NCBI GenBank assembly: GCA_902587565.1
Contig: CACILT010000002.1
Location: 2,396-66,395 of the forward strand
Reading direction: 5' to 3'
DNA: 64,000 nt
DNA from: an uncultured Alphaproteobacteria bacterium
GTDB lineage: Bacteria > Pseudomonadota > Alphaproteobacteria > HIMB59 > GCA-002718135
Position 1 is the first letter of the stretch. Every line of letters begins with the position of its first letter. This document shows, in pieces, positions 20,739 to 34,855 of this stretch. Below the pieces are notes generated by a model. That model had not been told where the DNA came from, made no database searches, and was given only the letters and a program-made list of their open reading frames with translations. The translations under genes were made by a program, and so were the position numbers.

Positions 20739-21562
20739 TATTTCTTTTTCCTTCTTCTAATTATGAAAGTATCGGTTTTTTTATTATTTCTTGTTTTCTT
20801 ACCTTTCGTTGACACACCCCATGGTGTAACTGGATCACGTCCACCAGAGGTTCTACCTTCACCACCGCCATGTGGATGATCAACTGGATTCATAACAACA
20901 CCTCTTACTTTTGGTCTAAATCCAAGGTATCTCTTTCTTCCAGCCTTACCTAACTTTATATTTTTTTGATCTGGATTTGATACTTCACCAACAGTTGCTT
21001 TGCAATTTCTATTAATGTGCCTTATCTCTCCAGAAATTAATTTAACTTGTACATATTGATCTTCCTTAGATACAATTTGTGCAGAAGATCCTGCAGATCT
21101 AATTAGTTTTCCTCCAGCACCTGGTTTTATTTCAATATTGTGAATATTAGTGCCTACTGGAATATTATTTATAGGTAAGCAATTTCCATTTTTAATTGAA
21201 ACATTTTGACCAGATATAACTTTATCGCCAATTTTAATATTTTTTGGAGATATTATATAACTTAATTCACCATCTTCGTATTTGAGAAGTGAAATAAAAG
21301 CTGATCTATTTGGGTCGTATTCATTTCGTATAACTTCAGCAATCTTATCTGTTTTTGTCCTCTTGAAATCAATTAGTCTATATTTTCTTTTTACACCCCC
21401 ACCCATTCTTCTAGAAGTAATTCTTCCCTGATTATTTCTTCCACCTGTTGAATGCATTGCTTCAGTAAGTGATTTGACTGGCTTTTCTTTAGATAGGTTT
21501 TTCTTTGATACAAGTACAGTGCCTCTCAAACCAGGAGTAATAGGTTTAAATTTGTTTAACAT
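20738..21562 (-). CDS. rplB: 50S ribosomal protein L2
   Basis: [21 protein letters not shown]. Confidence 0.98.
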   Translation of the reverse strand: MLNKFKPITPGLRGTVLVSKKNLSKEKPVKSLTEAMHSTGGRNNQGRITSRRMGGGVKRKYRLIDFKRTKTDKIAEVIRNEYDPNRSAFISLLKYEDGELSYIISPKNIKIGDKVISGQNVSIKNGNCLPINNIPVGTNIHNIEIKPGAGGKLIRSAGSSAQIVSKEDQYVQVKLISGEIRHINRNCKATVGEVSNPDQKNIKLGKAGRKRYLGFRPKVRGVVMNPVDHPHGGGEGRTSGGRDPVTPWGVSTKGKKTRNNKKTDTFIIRRRKKK

Positions 21563-21879
21563 TATTTAATCTCCAAAGAGGAGTCTATAGTGTTACCCTC
21601 ATTTAATGTAACTATTGCCCTTTTAATATCTTTTCTGAAACCATATGTCCCTTTAAAAGTTTTGCCTTTTCCTCGAAGAATTGATGTATTTACCTTGTTT
21701 ACTTTTACTTTAAATATCATCTCTATAGCTTGTTTAATTTCGTTGCTATTAGAATTTTTTGAGACAACAAAAGAGTATTGATTAAATTGTTGGAGGTTAG
21801 TAGATTTTTCAGTAGTAATTGGTTTTTTAACGATACCATAAGCTTTATCCATAGAAATTTTTTTAATTGTTTTCATCAT
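21562..21879 (-). CDS. rplW: 50S ribosomal protein L23
   Basis: [24 protein letters not shown]. Confidence 0.96.
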   Translation of the reverse strand: MMKTIKKISMDKAYGIVKKPITTEKSTNLQQFNQYSFVVSKNSNSNEIKQAIEMIFKVKVNKVNTSILRGKGKTFKGTYGFRKDIKRAIVTLNEGNTIDSSLEIK

Positions 21880-22499
21880 GACAATCTCTTGGTTATTTCA
21901 ACAACTGATTTTTGTTCAATAAAAATTTTGTCAAATAATATCAAATCTCTTACGTTAACACCTTTCTGACTAAGGATGCTTACTTTAGGTATATTTGAAG
22001 AAGCGAGTTTAAAGTTTTTATCTATACCGCTCTCGGAGTAAACAAACAGTGCTGAATTAAAATCAAAATTTTTAAGTTTTAAATATAGTTCTTTAGTTTT
22101 GTAACTTTCAATTTCAAAATTATCAATAAATACAATGTTATTGTTAGCTAATTTTGAAGAAAGAGCTGATCTTAATGCTAGTTTTTTTTCTTTTTTGTTA
22201 AGATTAAACGAATGATCTCTATTTACTGGAGCCATAGAAGCTGCTCCTCCTCTAAAATTAGGTGGTTTATTACTTCCTTGTCTTGCATTACCTGTACCTT
22301 TTTGAGAAAATGGTTTTTTAGATCTTCCATTAACTTCAGATCTGGATTTTGTCTTATGCGATCCCTGTCTAGATTTTGCGTTCTGATATCTGATGTATTG
22401 ATGTATTATATCTGGCATAGTTTTTGTTTTAAAAATATTTTCTGCAAGTTCGATATCTCCGACATTACTATTCTTTAAATTTACAATTGGATATTTCAT
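21876..22499 (-). CDS. rplD: 50S ribosomal protein L4
   Basis: RQGSHKTK, QKGTGNARQG. Confidence 0.97.
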   Translation of the reverse strand: MKYPIVNLKNSNVGDIELAENIFKTKTMPDIIHQYIRYQNAKSRQGSHKTKSRSEVNGRSKKPFSQKGTGNARQGSNKPPNFRGGAASMAPVNRDHSFNLNKKEKKLALRSALSSKLANNNIVFIDNFEIESYKTKELYLKLKNFDFNSALFVYSESGIDKNFKLASSNIPKVSILSQKGVNVRDLILFDKIFIEQKSVVEITKRLS

Positions 22500-23143
22500 G
22501 TTCTTACTTTTACTGAATCTTTTACAAAGACTATTGAATTTTTTTTACCTGGTAGAGACCCTTTGATGATTAGCAGATTATTTTTGTCATCTACCTCCAT
22601 AACTTGAAGATTCTGTTTGGTCACTTTTGTATTACCCATCCTGCCAGCCATTTTTTTACCTTTAAAAACCCTGCCTGGGTCTTGGTTTTGTCCTGTAGAT
22701 CCATGAGACCTGTGGGAAATTGATACACCATGAGAAGCTCTTAGACCGCCAAAGTTATGTCTTTTCATTACTCCAGCAAAACCTTTCCCAATTGATATTC
22801 CAGTTGCATCTATAAGCTGATTTACTTTAAAATGATCAACTGATAACTTGGTTCCGATATCAAGCATGTTTTCTTGGTCAACTCGAAATTCTTTTAAAAT
22901 TTTTTTTGGTTTAATTGATAAAGCAGAGAAAGTTTTTCTTTGAGGTTTATTGATTTTAGATAAATCTTTGTTTGTACTTATACTAGAGAGTTGAACAGCA
23001 TTATAACCATGCTTTTCAATAGTTTTAATATTTGAGACGATACAATCTTCGACTTTAAGAATGGTAACTTGTGTCAATTTACCATCTGAATTGAAATGTG
23101 AACTATTTCCTAGTTTTTTAGCTATTAAGCCTGATCTATTCAT
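22496..23143 (-). CDS. rplC: 50S ribosomal protein L3
   Basis: GKGFAGVMKRH, SHRSHGSTG, PGRVFKGKKMAG. Confidence 0.97.
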   Translation of the reverse strand: MNRSGLIAKKLGNSSHFNSDGKLTQVTILKVEDCIVSNIKTIEKHGYNAVQLSSISTNKDLSKINKPQRKTFSALSIKPKKILKEFRVDQENMLDIGTKLSVDHFKVNQLIDATGISIGKGFAGVMKRHNFGGLRASHGVSISHRSHGSTGQNQDPGRVFKGKKMAGRMGNTKVTKQNLQVMEVDDKNNLLIIKGSLPGKKNSIVFVKDSVKVRT

Positions 23144-23144
23144 A

Positions 23145-23453
23145 TTAAATCTTTATATCCACTTCAACACCAGCAGAAAGATCAAGCTTCATTAATGCAT
23201 CAACAGTTTGAGGTGTTGGATCTAAAATGTCAAGTAATCGGTTATGGGTTCTAATTTCCAATTGATCTCTACTTTTTTTATCAATATGAGGAGATTTATT
23301 TACAGTAAATCTTTCAAACCTAGTAGGAAGCGGTATTGGACCCTTAACTTTAGCTCCTGTTCTCTTAGCAGTATTTATTATATCTTGCGTGCTAGAGTCT
23401 AAGAGCGAGTTGTCAAACCCTCTTAATCTAATTCTTATATTTTGATTTTCCAT
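23145..23453 (-). CDS. rpsJ: 30S ribosomal protein S10
   Basis: [16 protein letters not shown]. Confidence 0.97.
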   Translation of the reverse strand: MENQNIRIRLRGFDNSLLDSSTQDIINTAKRTGAKVKGPIPLPTRFERFTVNKSPHIDKKSRDQLEIRTHNRLLDILDPTPQTVDALMKLDLSAGVEVDIKI

Positions 23454-25531
23454 TATGCTAACTTCGCCTTTACTTCATCCGCAACATTTGATGGTACTTG
23501 TTCGTAATGATCAAATTGCATTGTATAGTTAGCTCTACCTTGTGATAAAGATCTTAGGTTATTCACATATCCAAACATATTAGCAAGTGGAACCATAGCA
23601 TCCACAACATTTGCGTTACCTCTTGTAGACATTTCCTGAACTTGTCCTCTACGACTATTTAAATCACCAATAACATCACCCATATATTCTTCTGGCGTTA
23701 CAACCTCAACTTTCATCATTGGTTCTAGTAAAACAGGTGATGCTTTAGATATACCTTCTCTAAAAGCGGCCCTAGCAGCTATTTCAAATGCAAGTACACT
23801 TGAATCAACGTCATGGTATGCTCCATCATATAATGTTGCTTTGAAATCTATACACGGAAAACCTGCAATAACACCAGTTTGTTGTTGAGCTATAAGACCT
23901 TTTTCTACACCTGGTATATGCTCAGTTGGAATGTTACCACCTTTAATTTGATTTACAAATTCATATCCACTACCTGGGTCTCCTGGTTCAAACTTTATTT
24001 TTACGCGTGCAAATTGACCAGCTCCACCTGACTGTTTTTTATGAGTATAATCTACATCAAATGAATTAGATATTGTCTCTCTATAAGCAACTTGTGGTGC
24101 ACCAACATTAGCTTCAACTTTAAATTCTCTTTTCATTCTATCAACTAAAATTTCTAAATGTAACTCTCCCATTCCTTTAATTATAGTTTGTCCACTTTCA
24201 TGATCAGTAGTAACCCTAAAGCTAGGATCTTCTTGTGCTAATCTTCCTAATGCTTGACCCATTTTTTCATGGTCAACCTTAGTTTTTGGTTCAACAGCAA
24301 CTTCAATAACAGGATCAGGAAAATCCATTTTTTCTAATACAATTGGTTTTGACGTATCACAAAGAGTTTCACCAGTTGTTACATCTTTTAAACCAACTAA
24401 TGCAACTATATCACCGGCGTTAGCAGTTTTAATTTCTTCTCTGTTATTTGCATGCATTAATAACATTCTTCCAATATTTTCTTTTTTTTCAGAGTTAGAA
24501 TTAAGAACTGTATCTTTAGTATTAATCGTACCTGAGTATACCCTAGCAAATGTTAAACTGCCAACAAACGGGTCAGTCATTATTTTAAATGCTAATGCAC
24601 TAAAAGGTTCAGAGTCATCACAGTTTCTTGAAAGTTCTTTTGTATCATCGTTTATGTCTACTCCTTTGACACTGGCAACATCTTTTGGTGATGGCATATA
24701 ATCTATAACAGCATCTAATAACGGCTGAACACCCTTGTTTTTGAATGCAGAACCTGTAAGAACTGGTACGAAAGATCCTCTTATAGTACCTCTTCTGATA
24801 CATTTTTTAATTTCATCAGTCGAAGGTTCCTTTCCTTCTAAATAAGATTCCATTATTGAGTCGTCTTCTTCTATAGCCTTTTCAATTAATTTTTCTCTAT
24901 ACTCAGCTGATTTTTCCCTTAAATCTTCAGGTATTTCAACAATATCAAATTTAGCTCCTAAACTTTCATCCTGCCAAATAATTGCTTTATTTGTTACTAG
25001 ATCAACAACGCCTTTTAAGTTGCTTTCAATACCAATTGGTAGTTGGGTAACTAGAGGATATGATCCTAATCTTTCAGATATCATATCAACGCACATAAAA
25101 AAATTTGCACCAGTTCTATCTAATTTATTGATAAAACACATTCTAGGTACTTTATATTTATCTGCTTGTCTCCAAACTGTTTCAGATTGAGGCTCTACGC
25201 CAGCAACGCCATCAAATACTGCAACTGCACCGTCTAAAACTTTTAGTGATCTCTCTACTTCAATTGTAAAATCAACGTGTCCAGGTGTGTCAATAATATT
25301 TATTCTATGATCATTCCAAAAGCAGGTAGTTGCTGCAGATGTAATTGTTATACCTCTTTCCTGTTCTTGTTCCATCCAATCCATTGTTGCTGCACCATCA
25401 TGAACCTCACCAATTTTATGAGATTTTCCTGTGTAATAGAGAATTCTTTCAGTTGTAGTTGTTTTACCGGCATCAATGTGAGCCATAATACCAATGTTTC
25501 TATATTTTGATAATTCGTGTGATCTTGACAT
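23453..25531 (-). CDS. fusA: Elongation factor G
   Basis: [30 protein letters not shown]; start reassigned to ATG 25531. Confidence 0.98.
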   Translation of the reverse strand: MSRSHELSKYRNIGIMAHIDAGKTTTTERILYYTGKSHKIGEVHDGAATMDWMEQEQERGITITSAATTCFWNDHRINIIDTPGHVDFTIEVERSLKVLDGAVAVFDGVAGVEPQSETVWRQADKYKVPRMCFINKLDRTGANFFMCVDMISERLGSYPLVTQLPIGIESNLKGVVDLVTNKAIIWQDESLGAKFDIVEIPEDLREKSAEYREKLIEKAIEEDDSIMESYLEGKEPSTDEIKKCIRRGTIRGSFVPVLTGSAFKNKGVQPLLDAVIDYMPSPKDVASVKGVDINDDTKELSRNCDDSEPFSALAFKIMTDPFVGSLTFARVYSGTINTKDTVLNSNSEKKENIGRMLLMHANNREEIKTANAGDIVALVGLKDVTTGETLCDTSKPIVLEKMDFPDPVIEVAVEPKTKVDHEKMGQALGRLAQEDPSFRVTTDHESGQTIIKGMGELHLEILVDRMKREFKVEANVGAPQVAYRETISNSFDVDYTHKKQSGGAGQFARVKIKFEPGDPGSGYEFVNQIKGGNIPTEHIPGVEKGLIAQQQTGVIAGFPCIDFKATLYDGAYHDVDSSVLAFEIAARAAFREGISKASPVLLEPMMKVEVVTPEEYMGDVIGDLNSRRGQVQEMSTRGNANVVDAMVPLANMFGYVNNLRSLSQGRANYTMQFDHYEQVPSNVADEVKAKLA

Positions 25532-25533
25532 AA

Positions 25534-26004
25534 CTACCACCTAAAATGCGAAAAGGCTCTATTTGCTTCAGCCATCTTATGAGTCTCTTCTCTTTTCTTA
25601 ACTGCATTGCCTTTGTTATTAAATGCATCTATTATTTCATTTGCTACTCTCTCACGCATTGTTTTTTCATTTCTTTTTGAAGCTGAATCAACTATCCATT
25701 TCATTGCTAGTGTTTGAGCTCTTTTGGGCCTTACTTCCATTGGAACTTGGTATGTTGCCCCACCTACTCTTCTAGATCTAACTTCGAGAGCTGGTTTTAC
25801 ATTGTTTAATGCTTCATGAAAGAAATCTATTGGTTGTTTATCTGTTTTTTTTGATACTATGTCAAATGCACCATATACAATCTTCTCAGATATAGATTTT
25901 TTTCCATCAAACATAATTCTATTCATAAACTTAGCCAAAATAAGATCTTTAAATTTATGATCAGGAAGTATTGTTCTTTTTTCGGCTGCTCTTCTTCTAG
26001 ACAT
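25534..26004 (-). CDS. rpsG: 30S ribosomal protein S7
   Basis: [19 protein letters not shown]. Confidence 0.98.
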   Translation of the reverse strand: MSRRRAAEKRTILPDHKFKDLILAKFMNRIMFDGKKSISEKIVYGAFDIVSKKTDKQPIDFFHEALNNVKPALEVRSRRVGGATYQVPMEVRPKRAQTLAMKWIVDSASKRNEKTMRERVANEIIDAFNNKGNAVKKREETHKMAEANRAFSHFRW

Positions 26005-26006
26005 AA

Positions 26007-26378
26007 TTATTTAGGCCTTTTTGCACCGTATAGTGATCTTCTTTGTTTTCTTGATGATACACCTTGAGTATCAAGAGTGCCTCTCAAAATATGGTATCTT
26101 ACACCCGGTAAATCTTTTACCCTTCCACCCCTTATCAGAACAACGGAATGTTCTTGTAAGTTATGCCCTTCACCAGGTATGTAAGCTGAAACTTCTTGAC
26201 CATTAGTAAGTTTAACTCTTGCAACTTTCCTTAAAGCTGAATTTGGTTTTTTGGGAGTAGTTGTATAAACTCTTGTGCAGACGCCTCGTTTTTGTGGACT
26301 TTTATCTAATGCTGGAACCTTGTTCCTGTTTTTTACGGTTGTTCTGCCTTTGCGAACAAGTTGGTTAATTGTTGGCAT
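26007..26378 (-). CDS. rpsL: 30S ribosomal protein S12
   Basis: [24 protein letters not shown]. Confidence 0.98.
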   Translation of the reverse strand: MPTINQLVRKGRTTVKNRNKVPALDKSPQKRGVCTRVYTTTPKKPNSALRKVARVKLTNGQEVSAYIPGEGHNLQEHSVVLIRGGRVKDLPGVRYHILRGTLDTQGVSSRKQRRSLYGAKRPK

Positions 26379-26435
26379 TTTATCCTCTAGTTAAGTGTTT
26401 GGACTATATCCACGACCTTTAACAAATCGTAGGGG

Positions 26436-26464
26436 TCTTTATTAATTGATAAAGGAAAAGTCAA
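26436..26464 (-). promoter_or_regulatory. Putative sigma70 promoter of the str/S10/spc operon
   Basis: TTGACT-17 nt-TAAAGA in the rpoC-rpsL gap. A -10 lacking the terminal T is common in Alphaproteobacteria. Confidence 0.55.
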
Positions 26465-26480
26465 GGGAATATCTTAAAAA

Positions 26481-29400
26481 CTACTGATTTTCTATATTTT
26501 CAGATTGGTTTTGTTCAATAATTTCTTTGTCTTTTTCGAGTGCTATATTTTCGTAGTCTGCAGTCATTTTTCCAGTTCCAGCTGGAATTAATCTGCCTAC
26601 TATTACATTTTCTTTTAATCCATTTAGCAGATCAACTTTTCCTAAAGTAGCAGCATCTGTAAGAACTTTGGTTGTTTCTTGAAAGGATGCGGCTGAAATA
26701 AATGAGTTTGTTTGTAAACTAGCCTTTGTTATCCCGAGCAAAACTGGTTCAAAAACAACTAGCGACTTACCATTTTCAGTTAGTATTTTATTTAATTTAA
26801 TTACATCTCTCTTTTGAATTTGTTCCCCTGCAATTAAGTTTGAATCACCAGGATCTTTTATTAAAACTTTTTGCAACATCTGTCTTGCTATAGTTTCAAT
26901 ATGCTTGTCGTTAATATAAACACCTTGAAGCTTATATACTGATTGAACTTCTCTGACCAAATATCTAGCAAGTTCTTCAACCCCAAGTATTCTTAAAATA
27001 TCATGAGGTACGGGAGTTCCTTCTACTATAACATCACCTTTTTTAACAAAATCTCCTTCTTGAACATTTAAATATTTAGATCTTGGTATTAAAATCTCAA
27101 AAGTTTCTTTTTCATCAATACTTGTAATAGTTAATCTTCTTTTATTTTTATAATCTTTACCAAAAGATATTTTTCCATCTATTTCACACATTATGGCTGG
27201 GTCTTTTGGTTTTCTTGCTTCAAATAATTCAGCTACTCTCGGGAGGCCTCCAGTTATATCTTTAGTTTTAGAAGACTCTTTTGGTATTCTTGCTAGGACT
27301 TGTCCAGCTGTTACCTCTTGACCATCTTCAACGCTAAGTATTGTGTCAATGGACATAGGATAATTAACAAAGTCTTCTTCGTTGTTTTTATTTGTTTTAT
27401 CTAAACTAACAATGTTTATCGCTGGTTTAAAGTTCTTGCTCTTTTGATTTTGACTCCAATCGATTATAATTTTACTTGATATTCCAGTAGTGTCATCAAT
27501 AGATTCTCTGAAAGAAATACCTTGTTTTAAATCAACATAGTTAACTAAACCCGACTTCTCTGAAATTATAGGTAAAGTGTAAGGATCCCATTCAGCAAGA
27601 GTTTGGTTGATTTGAATAGTATCTCCCTCGTTTACAAGAAGTTTTGAGCCAAAAGGTATGTTTGACGAATATTTTTCAACTTTTTGATCGAATACTTTTA
27701 TTTTGGTATTTCTACTTAACACAATCTTAGTTTTATATTGATCTTCTATAGTTTTTACATTTTCAAATTTAACTATACCAGAAACTGGTGATACAGAATT
27801 GGATTGCTCTACTGATGAACTTGCGGCGCCTCCTATATGAAATGTTCTCATCGTTAATTGAGTCCCAGGTTCTCCTATAGATTGCGCAGCAATAATGCCT
27901 ACAGCCTCACCAATATTTACTGGCGTTCCTCTTGCTAAATCTCTTCCATAACATTTAGCGCATATCCCATCTTCTGTTTCACATGTTAAAACTGATCTTA
28001 TTTTAAGAGATCTGGTTCTTAATTTAGATATACTCTCTAAGTGTTTTTCTGAAATTATTTCACCGGCTTCTAGAATTAAATTATTTGAATCATCATAAAT
28101 TGGATTTACAGGAGTTCTTCCAAGAACTCTTTCTGTGAGCGGAGAGGTTATATTGCCAGCCTCAACAATTTCCTCGACAATTACTCCATTAGAAGTTTTG
28201 CAATCATCTTCTCTAATCACAGCATCTTGTGCAACATCTACTAATCTCCTAGTCAGGTATCCACTACTAGCTGTCTTCAATGCAGTGTCAGCTAAACCTT
28301 TTCTAGCACCATGTGTAGATGTGAAATATTCCAAAACAGATAATCCTTCTTTGAAGTTTGATTTGATTGGATTTTCAATAATTTCACCCGAGGGTTTTGC
28401 CATTAATCCTCTCATTCCTGAGAGTTGTTTTAATTGTGCAGCTGAACCTCTAGCTCCGGAATGGGCCATCATATACACAGAATTTATAGGTTTATCTTCA
28501 ATTGGATTTGAAATCACTTCAAGCATTTTGTCTGCTACTTTATTTGTACATTCTGACCATGCATCTACAACTTTGTTATATTTCTCACCTTGAGTAATTA
28601 AACCATCTTGATATTGATTCTCATATTCCTGGACTTTTATTTGAGTTGCTTCAAGCAATTGCTCCTTGTCAGTTGGTATAATGAGATCATCTTTACCAAA
28701 CGAAATTCCTGCAAAAGCTGCATATTTAAAACCAATTTGCATTATATGGTCTGCAAACAAAACAGTCTCTTTTTGCCCACAGTATCTGTAAACTGAGTCG
28801 ATAATATTACTTACTTCTTTTTTAGTAAGTATTTTATTTACCATTGAAAACCTAATATTTTTATTTTTAGGAAGAATATTTCCAAGTATCATTCTACCAG
28901 GAGTAGTCTCAACTGTTACTAAATTGTCATTGTTATCTATAATTCTAGTATTAATTTTGGTATGTAAAGTTATGTCTTTATTTTCTAATGCTTTTTCAAT
29001 TTCATTTAAATCAACAAAATATCTTCCCTCACCTTGCTGATTTTCTCGTAAAATTGATAGGTAATATATCCCTAGAACTATATCTTGGGATGGAACAATT
29101 ATAGGTTTACCACTAGAAGGTGATAAAATATTATTAGTACTCATCATCAAAACCCTAGCTTCCAGCTGAGCTTCAAGACTCAAAGGAACATGAACTGCCA
29201 TCTGATCTCCATCAAAATCAGCATTGAATGCCGTACAAACTAAGGGGTGTAGTTGTATCGATTTTCCCTCGATTAACTTTGGTTCAAAAGCTTGAATGCC
29301 TAATCTGTGTAATGTTGGAGCTCTGTTTAGAAGAACTGGATGCTCTCTTATAACTTCCTCTAAAATATCCCATACTCTAGGATCTTCTTTTTCGACAAGT

Positions 29401-30602
29401 TTCTTTGCTGCCTTGATAGTATTTGCCCATCCGTAGATATCTAACTTATGAAATATAAATGGTTTAAAAAGTTCAAGTGCCATTTTTTTTGGAATACCAC
29501 ATTCGTGAAGTTTTAAATTTGGACCAACCACAATTACTGAACGGCCTGAATAATCAACTCTTTTACCAAGAAGATTTTGTCTAAATCTTCCTTGTTTTCC
29601 TTTAAGCATATCAGATAGTGATTTTAAAGGTCTTTTATTTGTTGAAGTAATTACTCTTCCTCTTCTTCCATTGTCAAATAGTGCATCAACAGATTCTTGA
29701 AGCATCCTTTTTTCGTTTCTAATTATTATATCAGGTGCCCTAAGATCTATTAACCTCTTTAATCTATTATTTCTATTTATAACTCTTCTATATAAATCAT
29801 TAAGATCGCTTGTAGCAAATCTACCTCCATCCAAAGGGACCAAAGGTCTTAATTCAGGAGGAATTACAGGCAGTACCCTTAATATCATCCATTCTGGTTT
29901 GTTTTTTGAAATAATAAATGATTCAATTAGTTTTAATCTCTTTGTTAATTTAGTTTTCTTTAATTCAGACTTAGTTTCAGATAGCTCAATCTTTAACTGA
30001 TTAAAGTCATTTTCTAAATCAATGCTTAAAAGCATTTGCTCAATTGCTTCGGCTCCAATAGCTGCACTAAATGAATCCTCACCATACTCGTCTTGATAAT
30101 CAATAAACTGTTCCTCGGAAATAATTTCACCTTTTTTTAAATCTGTAAGACCAGGTTCTACTACAATAAATTGTTCGAAGTATAATACCTTCTCAAGATT
30201 TTTAATTGTCATATCTAAAAGTGTTGCTATTCTACTAGGTAAAGACTTCATAAACCAAATATGAGATACTGGGGCTGCAAGTTCAATGTGCCCCATTCTG
30301 TCTCTTCTAACTTTAGAGAGAGTAACTTCTACACCACACTTTTCACATATTATTCCCCTAAATTTCATTCTTTTATATTTACCGCATAAGCACTCATAAT
30401 CTTTAACAGGTCCAAATATTCTTGAACAAAAAAGACCATCTTTTTCAGGTTTAAAAGTTCTATAATTAATAGTTTCTGGCTTTTTTATCTCACCAAAAGA
30501 CCATGATCTAATATCTTCTGGGCTTGCAATAGCAATTTTCAAGCTATTAAAATTTTGAACTCCTAAATTTTGATTAAATATATTGGTTAATTCTTTATTC
30601 AT
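26481..30602 (-). CDS. rpoC: RNA polymerase beta' subunit
   Basis: NADFDGD active site, [17 protein letters not shown]. Confidence 0.99.
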   Translation of the reverse strand: MNKELTNIFNQNLGVQNFNSLKIAIASPEDIRSWSFGEIKKPETINYRTFKPEKDGLFCSRIFGPVKDYECLCGKYKRMKFRGIICEKCGVEVTLSKVRRDRMGHIELAAPVSHIWFMKSLPSRIATLLDMTIKNLEKVLYFEQFIVVEPGLTDLKKGEIISEEQFIDYQDEYGEDSFSAAIGAEAIEQMLLSIDLENDFNQLKIELSETKSELKKTKLTKRLKLIESFIISKNKPEWMILRVLPVIPPELRPLVPLDGGRFATSDLNDLYRRVINRNNRLKRLIDLRAPDIIIRNEKRMLQESVDALFDNGRRGRVITSTNKRPLKSLSDMLKGKQGRFRQNLLGKRVDYSGRSVIVVGPNLKLHECGIPKKMALELFKPFIFHKLDIYGWANTIKAAKKLVEKEDPRVWDILEEVIREHPVLLNRAPTLHRLGIQAFEPKLIEGKSIQLHPLVCTAFNADFDGDQMAVHVPLSLEAQLEARVLMMSTNNILSPSSGKPIIVPSQDIVLGIYYLSILRENQQGEGRYFVDLNEIEKALENKDITLHTKINTRIIDNNDNLVTVETTPGRMILGNILPKNKNIRFSMVNKILTKKEVSNIIDSVYRYCGQKETVLFADHIMQIGFKYAAFAGISFGKDDLIIPTDKEQLLEATQIKVQEYENQYQDGLITQGEKYNKVVDAWSECTNKVADKMLEVISNPIEDKPINSVYMMAHSGARGSAAQLKQLSGMRGLMAKPSGEIIENPIKSNFKEGLSVLEYFTSTHGARKGLADTALKTASSGYLTRRLVDVAQDAVIREDDCKTSNGVIVEEIVEAGNITSPLTERVLGRTPVNPIYDDSNNLILEAGEIISEKHLESISKLRTRSLKIRSVLTCETEDGICAKCYGRDLARGTPVNIGEAVGIIAAQSIGEPGTQLTMRTFHIGGAASSSVEQSNSVSPVSGIVKFENVKTIEDQYKTKIVLSRNTKIKVFDQKVEKYSSNIPFGSKLLVNEGDTIQINQTLAEWDPYTLPIISEKSGLVNYVDLKQGISFRESIDDTTGISSKIIIDWSQNQKSKNFKPAINIVSLDKTNKNNEEDFVNYPMSIDTILSVEDGQEVTAGQVLARIPKESSKTKDITGGLPRVAELFEARKPKDPAIMCEIDGKISFGKDYKNKRRLTITSIDEKETFEILIPRSKYLNVQEGDFVKKGDVIVEGTPVPHDILRILGVEELARYLVREVQSVYKLQGVYINDKHIETIARQMLQKVLIKDPGDSNLIAGEQIQKRDVIKLNKILTENGKSLVVFEPVLLGITKASLQTNSFISAASFQETTKVLTDAATLGKVDLLNGLKENVIVGRLIPAGTGKMTADYENIALEKDKEIIEQNQSENIENQ

Positions 30603-33600
30603 TTGTACCTATCAAGTTTGTTAAATCGTTTTCTTTAAAATTATCTTTGAATTCAAGATTTAATCCAAGTGATCTTAATTCTTTAACCATTACGTTAAAT
30701 GACTCAGGTGTACCAGATTCAAAATTATTGTCACCCTTAACAATAGATTCGTATACTTTCGTTCTACCAGCAACATCATCTGACTTTATGGTTAATATTT
30801 CTTGAAGCGTGTAAGCTGCGCCATAGGCTTCTAATGCCCAAACTTCCATTTCCCCAAATCTTTGACCTCCAAATTGAGCTTTACCACCAAGTGGTTGTTG
30901 AGTGACAAGACTATAAGGACCAATAGACCTAGCGTGAATTTTTTCATCAACTAGGTGATGAAGTTTTAACATATACATATAGCCAACTGTAACTGGTCTT
31001 TCAAATTTTTGACCAGTCACTCCATCATATAATATTTCTTGGCCTGTTTTAGAAACACCTGATTTTAGCAATAAGTCAGTTATATCTTTTTCTTTTGCAC
31101 CATCAAATACTGGTGTTGCAAATGGAACCCCTTCTTTTAAATTATCAGCCAACTCAAGTATTTCGTCATCATTCATATTTTTGATAATTTTTTGATGATT
31201 ATCAATGTTGTATATGTCTAATAACTTATCCTTTAAACCACTTGTTTGTCCTTCAGATTTAATCTGATTGATCATTTGATTTACTTGCCTTCCAAGGGAA
31301 GCTGAAGCCCAACCTAAATGTGTTTCTAAAATTTGCCCAATATTCATTCTGCTAGGAACACCAAGTGGATTTAAAACAATATCAACAGGAGTTCCATCCT
31401 CTAAATAGGGCATATCTTCAACAGGACAAATTTTAGAAATTACTCCTTTGTTTCCATGTCTTCCTGCCATTTTGTCACCTGGTTGAAGTTTTCTCTTAAC
31501 AGCTATAAATACTTTAATAAGTTTAAGTACTCCTGGCAGTAATTCATCCCCGCTTTGAATTTTATCAATTTTATTTTCAAATTTTTGATTTATATTACCT
31601 AACTGATTTTCATAATTTTTAACTAATGATTCCAACTCAATATTTGATTTTTCTTCACTTATATTTATTTTCAAGAGCTCATTTAAAGACAAGTGTTCAA
31701 TTTGCTCATATGAAATTTTTGAGTTTTTATTCATATTTTCGTTGCCTGAAATAAAAGTCTTATTTGTTAGTAAGTCCCTAAGGTGATTACCAAAACTTTT
31801 TTCTAATATTTTAAGTTCATCGTCTCTATCTCTAGCAATAATTTCAATTTGATTATTTTCTATACTTATTGCTCTTTCATCTTTTTCGATTCCTCTTCTT
31901 GAAAATACTCTTATTTCAACAATAGTTCCTTTTACTCCTGGAGGAACTCTAAGACTTGTGTCCTTTACATCAGCTGCTTTTTCTCCAAAAATTGCTCTTA
32001 ATAATTTTTCTTCAGGTGTCATTGGAGATTCACCTTTTGGAGTTACTTTTCCAACTAATATATCTCCAGAATTCACCTCTGCACCAACATATACTATTCC
32101 TGTTTCATCTAAATTTATGAGCATTTCTTCACTTGCATTAGGTATATCTCTTGTTATTTCTTCAGGACCTAACTTTGTATCTCTAGACATAACCTCAAAT
32201 TCCTCAACATGTATTGATGTAAATACGTCATCTTGGACAACTTTTTCAGAAATTAAAATTGAGTCTTCAAAATTGTAACCATTCCATGGCATAAATGCTG
32301 CAAGAACATTTCTACCAAGAGCTAATTCTCCTAGCTCAGTAGCAGGTCCATCAGCAATAACTTGGTTTTTTTGAACTCTATCCCCTACATTAACTAATGG
32401 TCTTTGAGTTATTGATGTATTTTGATTTGATCTTTGAAACTTTAAGAGGTTGTATATATCTATTTTGTTGAGTGATTTATCATTTTTGTCTGTTACCCTA
32501 ATTACTATTCTATTTGAATCAAGTTGATCAACTATTCCCTCTCTTTTAGCAATAACAGTTGATCCACTATCTTTTGCAACTGTGTATTCCATTCCAGTTC
32601 CTACTAAAGGAGCTTTAGGCTTAATTAATGGAACTGCTTGCCTCATCATGTTTGAACCCATTAAAGCTCTATTTGCATCATCATTTTCTAAAAAAGGAAT
32701 CAATGAAGAGGCAACAGATACGAGTTGTTGAGGTGATACATCCATAAGATCAATTGCATCGACATTAGCATTTATAAATTCACCATTTTTTCTACTACTT
32801 ACAATTTCATTTATAAACTTGCCCTTTTTATCAACTTCAGCATTAGCCTGAGCAATTACAAAATCTTCCTCATCAATAGCACTTAAGTAGATTACTTTAT
32901 CAGTTACCTTACCAGAATTTACAATTCTATAAGGAGTTTCTATAAATCCGTACTTATTAATTCTTGAATAGGATGCAAGGCTATTGATAAGTCCAATATT
33001 AGCTCCTTCGGGTGTTTCTATAGGACAAATTCTACCGTAATGAGTCTGATGAACGTCTCTTACTTCAAAACCAGCACGCTCTCTATTTAAACCTCCTGGG
33101 CCAAGAGCTGAAACTCTTCTTTTGTGAGTAATTTCACTCAATGGGTTAGTCTGATCCATAAATTGGCTAAGCTGACTCAATCCGAAAAATTCTTTAACAG
33201 ATGCAACTACAGGTTTTGCATTGACAATGTCTTGAGGCATAATATTGTCGACCTCTAAAGAACTTAGTCTCTCTTTTATTGCTCTATCCATTTTTAAAAG
33301 ACCAACTCTGTATTGGTTTTCAAGAAGTTCTCCAACTGATCTTACTCTTCTATTAGCTAAATGATCTATGTCGTCAATTTCACCCTTACCATCGATTAGG
33401 TTGTGCATATGTTTAACAACATCAATTATGTCGCTTTTATCCAAAATTCTCTGTTCAACAGAAGTTTCTTTTTTAAATTTAGCACTAATTTTTAGTCTAC
33501 CTACAGCTGAAAGATCGTACCTGTCAGAATTGAAGAACAGATTGTTGAACAAGTTCTCAGCAGTTTCTATAGTAGGAGGTTCACCTGGTCTAAGAATTTT

Positions 33601-34800
33601 AAAAACTTCAAATAAAGCTTCCTCCCTAGATCTAGCCTTATCTAATTGTAACGTATTTCTTATAAATGAGCCAATTTCTATATTATCAACTTTAAGTATA
33701 TCTATCTTGTTAATTTTATTTTGATTTATAAAATCAATAAATTCTTCATCAATTTCAAAACCTGCCTCATAGAATATTTTACCTGTATTTTCATCAATAA
33801 CATCAGATGCTAAAAAATGTCCTAATAATGAATTTTCATTTATTGCAATATTAGAAATATTCTTTTTCTTAAATTCATTTATAATTTTTTGGTTAACTTT
33901 TGTTCCTTTAGAAATAATTAATTTGCCTGTTTTGGAGTCTAGAATATCATAATTCAATATTTTAGCCTTATAAAAAGTAAGATTTTCTTTAAAGGTCCAA
34001 AGATCACCAACCTTTTTATATAAAACGTTTTCATAAAAAATATCTAAAATTTCCTCATTTGTCATTCCGAGTATCTTTTTGGCATCTGGTTCAATTTTAT
34101 TATTTTCACATTCTTTGATGTAATCTTCTGACATCTTACTCAAAAGACATTTGAATAAAGTTGTCACTGGAAATTTTCTTTTTCTATCTATTCGAGCATG
34201 AATATTATTCTTAGCATCATGTTCGAAATCTAACCATGATCCTCTGTAAGGAATGATCCTAGCGTTAAAAAGAAATTTACCACTAGTATGAGTTTTTCCG
34301 TAATCATGATCAAAAAATACACCAGGTGATCTATGCATTTGACTTACAACGACTCTTTCAGTTCCATTCACAACAAAAGTGGCATTTTTTGTCATTAAAG
34401 GAATGTCACCCATATAAACTTCCTGTTCTTTTATATCTCTGACCGATTTAGTTCCTGCAATTTCATCAATATCCCATATAATCAATCTGAAATTAACCAA
34501 TAGTGGTGCTCCATAAGTCATTCCTCTTTGAGTACATTCTTCTACATCATACTTAGGGATACCCAAGTCATAACTTACGTAATCAACGGTTGCTCTTTCT
34601 GCATAATCGTTGATTGGAAAAACAGATTTAAATATTGAATGAAGACCATGATTTTCTCTTTTGTCAGGATCTGTTCTAAGCTGTAAAAAATTGTCGAAAG
34701 ATCTTTTTTGAACCTCAACCAAATTTGGTAAAGATGTGACCAAAGGAATTTTTCCAAAAGATTTTCTAATTTTTTTTGTATTTATATGATCTAAACTCAT
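30595..34800 (-). CDS. rpoB: RNA polymerase beta subunit
   Basis: [26 protein letters not shown]; ATG at 34800. Confidence 0.99.
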   Translation of the reverse strand: MSLDHINTKKIRKSFGKIPLVTSLPNLVEVQKRSFDNFLQLRTDPDKRENHGLHSIFKSVFPINDYAERATVDYVSYDLGIPKYDVEECTQRGMTYGAPLLVNFRLIIWDIDEIAGTKSVRDIKEQEVYMGDIPLMTKNATFVVNGTERVVVSQMHRSPGVFFDHDYGKTHTSGKFLFNARIIPYRGSWLDFEHDAKNNIHARIDRKRKFPVTTLFKCLLSKMSEDYIKECENNKIEPDAKKILGMTNEEILDIFYENVLYKKVGDLWTFKENLTFYKAKILNYDILDSKTGKLIISKGTKVNQKIINEFKKKNISNIAINENSLLGHFLASDVIDENTGKIFYEAGFEIDEEFIDFINQNKINKIDILKVDNIEIGSFIRNTLQLDKARSREEALFEVFKILRPGEPPTIETAENLFNNLFFNSDRYDLSAVGRLKISAKFKKETSVEQRILDKSDIIDVVKHMHNLIDGKGEIDDIDHLANRRVRSVGELLENQYRVGLLKMDRAIKERLSSLEVDNIMPQDIVNAKPVVASVKEFFGLSQLSQFMDQTNPLSEITHKRRVSALGPGGLNRERAGFEVRDVHQTHYGRICPIETPEGANIGLINSLASYSRINKYGFIETPYRIVNSGKVTDKVIYLSAIDEEDFVIAQANAEVDKKGKFINEIVSSRKNGEFINANVDAIDLMDVSPQQLVSVASSLIPFLENDDANRALMGSNMMRQAVPLIKPKAPLVGTGMEYTVAKDSGSTVIAKREGIVDQLDSNRIVIRVTDKNDKSLNKIDIYNLLKFQRSNQNTSITQRPLVNVGDRVQKNQVIADGPATELGELALGRNVLAAFMPWNGYNFEDSILISEKVVQDDVFTSIHVEEFEVMSRDTKLGPEEITRDIPNASEEMLINLDETGIVYVGAEVNSGDILVGKVTPKGESPMTPEEKLLRAIFGEKAADVKDTSLRVPPGVKGTIVEIRVFSRRGIEKDERAISIENNQIEIIARDRDDELKILEKSFGNHLRDLLTNKTFISGNENMNKNSKISYEQIEHLSLNELLKINISEEKSNIELESLVKNYENQLGNINQKFENKIDKIQSGDELLPGVLKLIKVFIAVKRKLQPGDKMAGRHGNKGVISKICPVEDMPYLEDGTPVDIVLNPLGVPSRMNIGQILETHLGWASASLGRQVNQMINQIKSEGQTSGLKDKLLDIYNIDNHQKIIKNMNDDEILELADNLKEGVPFATPVFDGAKEKDITDLLLKSGVSKTGQEILYDGVTGQKFERPVTVGYMYMLKLHHLVDEKIHARSIGPYSLVTQQPLGGKAQFGGQRFGEMEVWALEAYGAAYTLQEILTIKSDDVAGRTKVYESIVKGDNNFESGTPESFNVMVKELRSLGLNLEFKDNFKENDLTNLIGTNE

Positions 34801-34817
34801 CAACTTCCCTTTTCAAT

Positions 34818-34851
34818 TTTAGACCTCTTTATTTATTTAAAGAGGTCTAAA
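34818..34851 (-). terminator. Perfect 14-bp hairpin between rplL and rpoB (attenuator or processing site)
   Basis: TTTAGACCTCTTTA-6 nt-TAAAGAGGTCTAAA directly after the rplL stop. No clear U-tract on the minus strand. Confidence 0.55.
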
Positions 34852-34855
34852 GATT

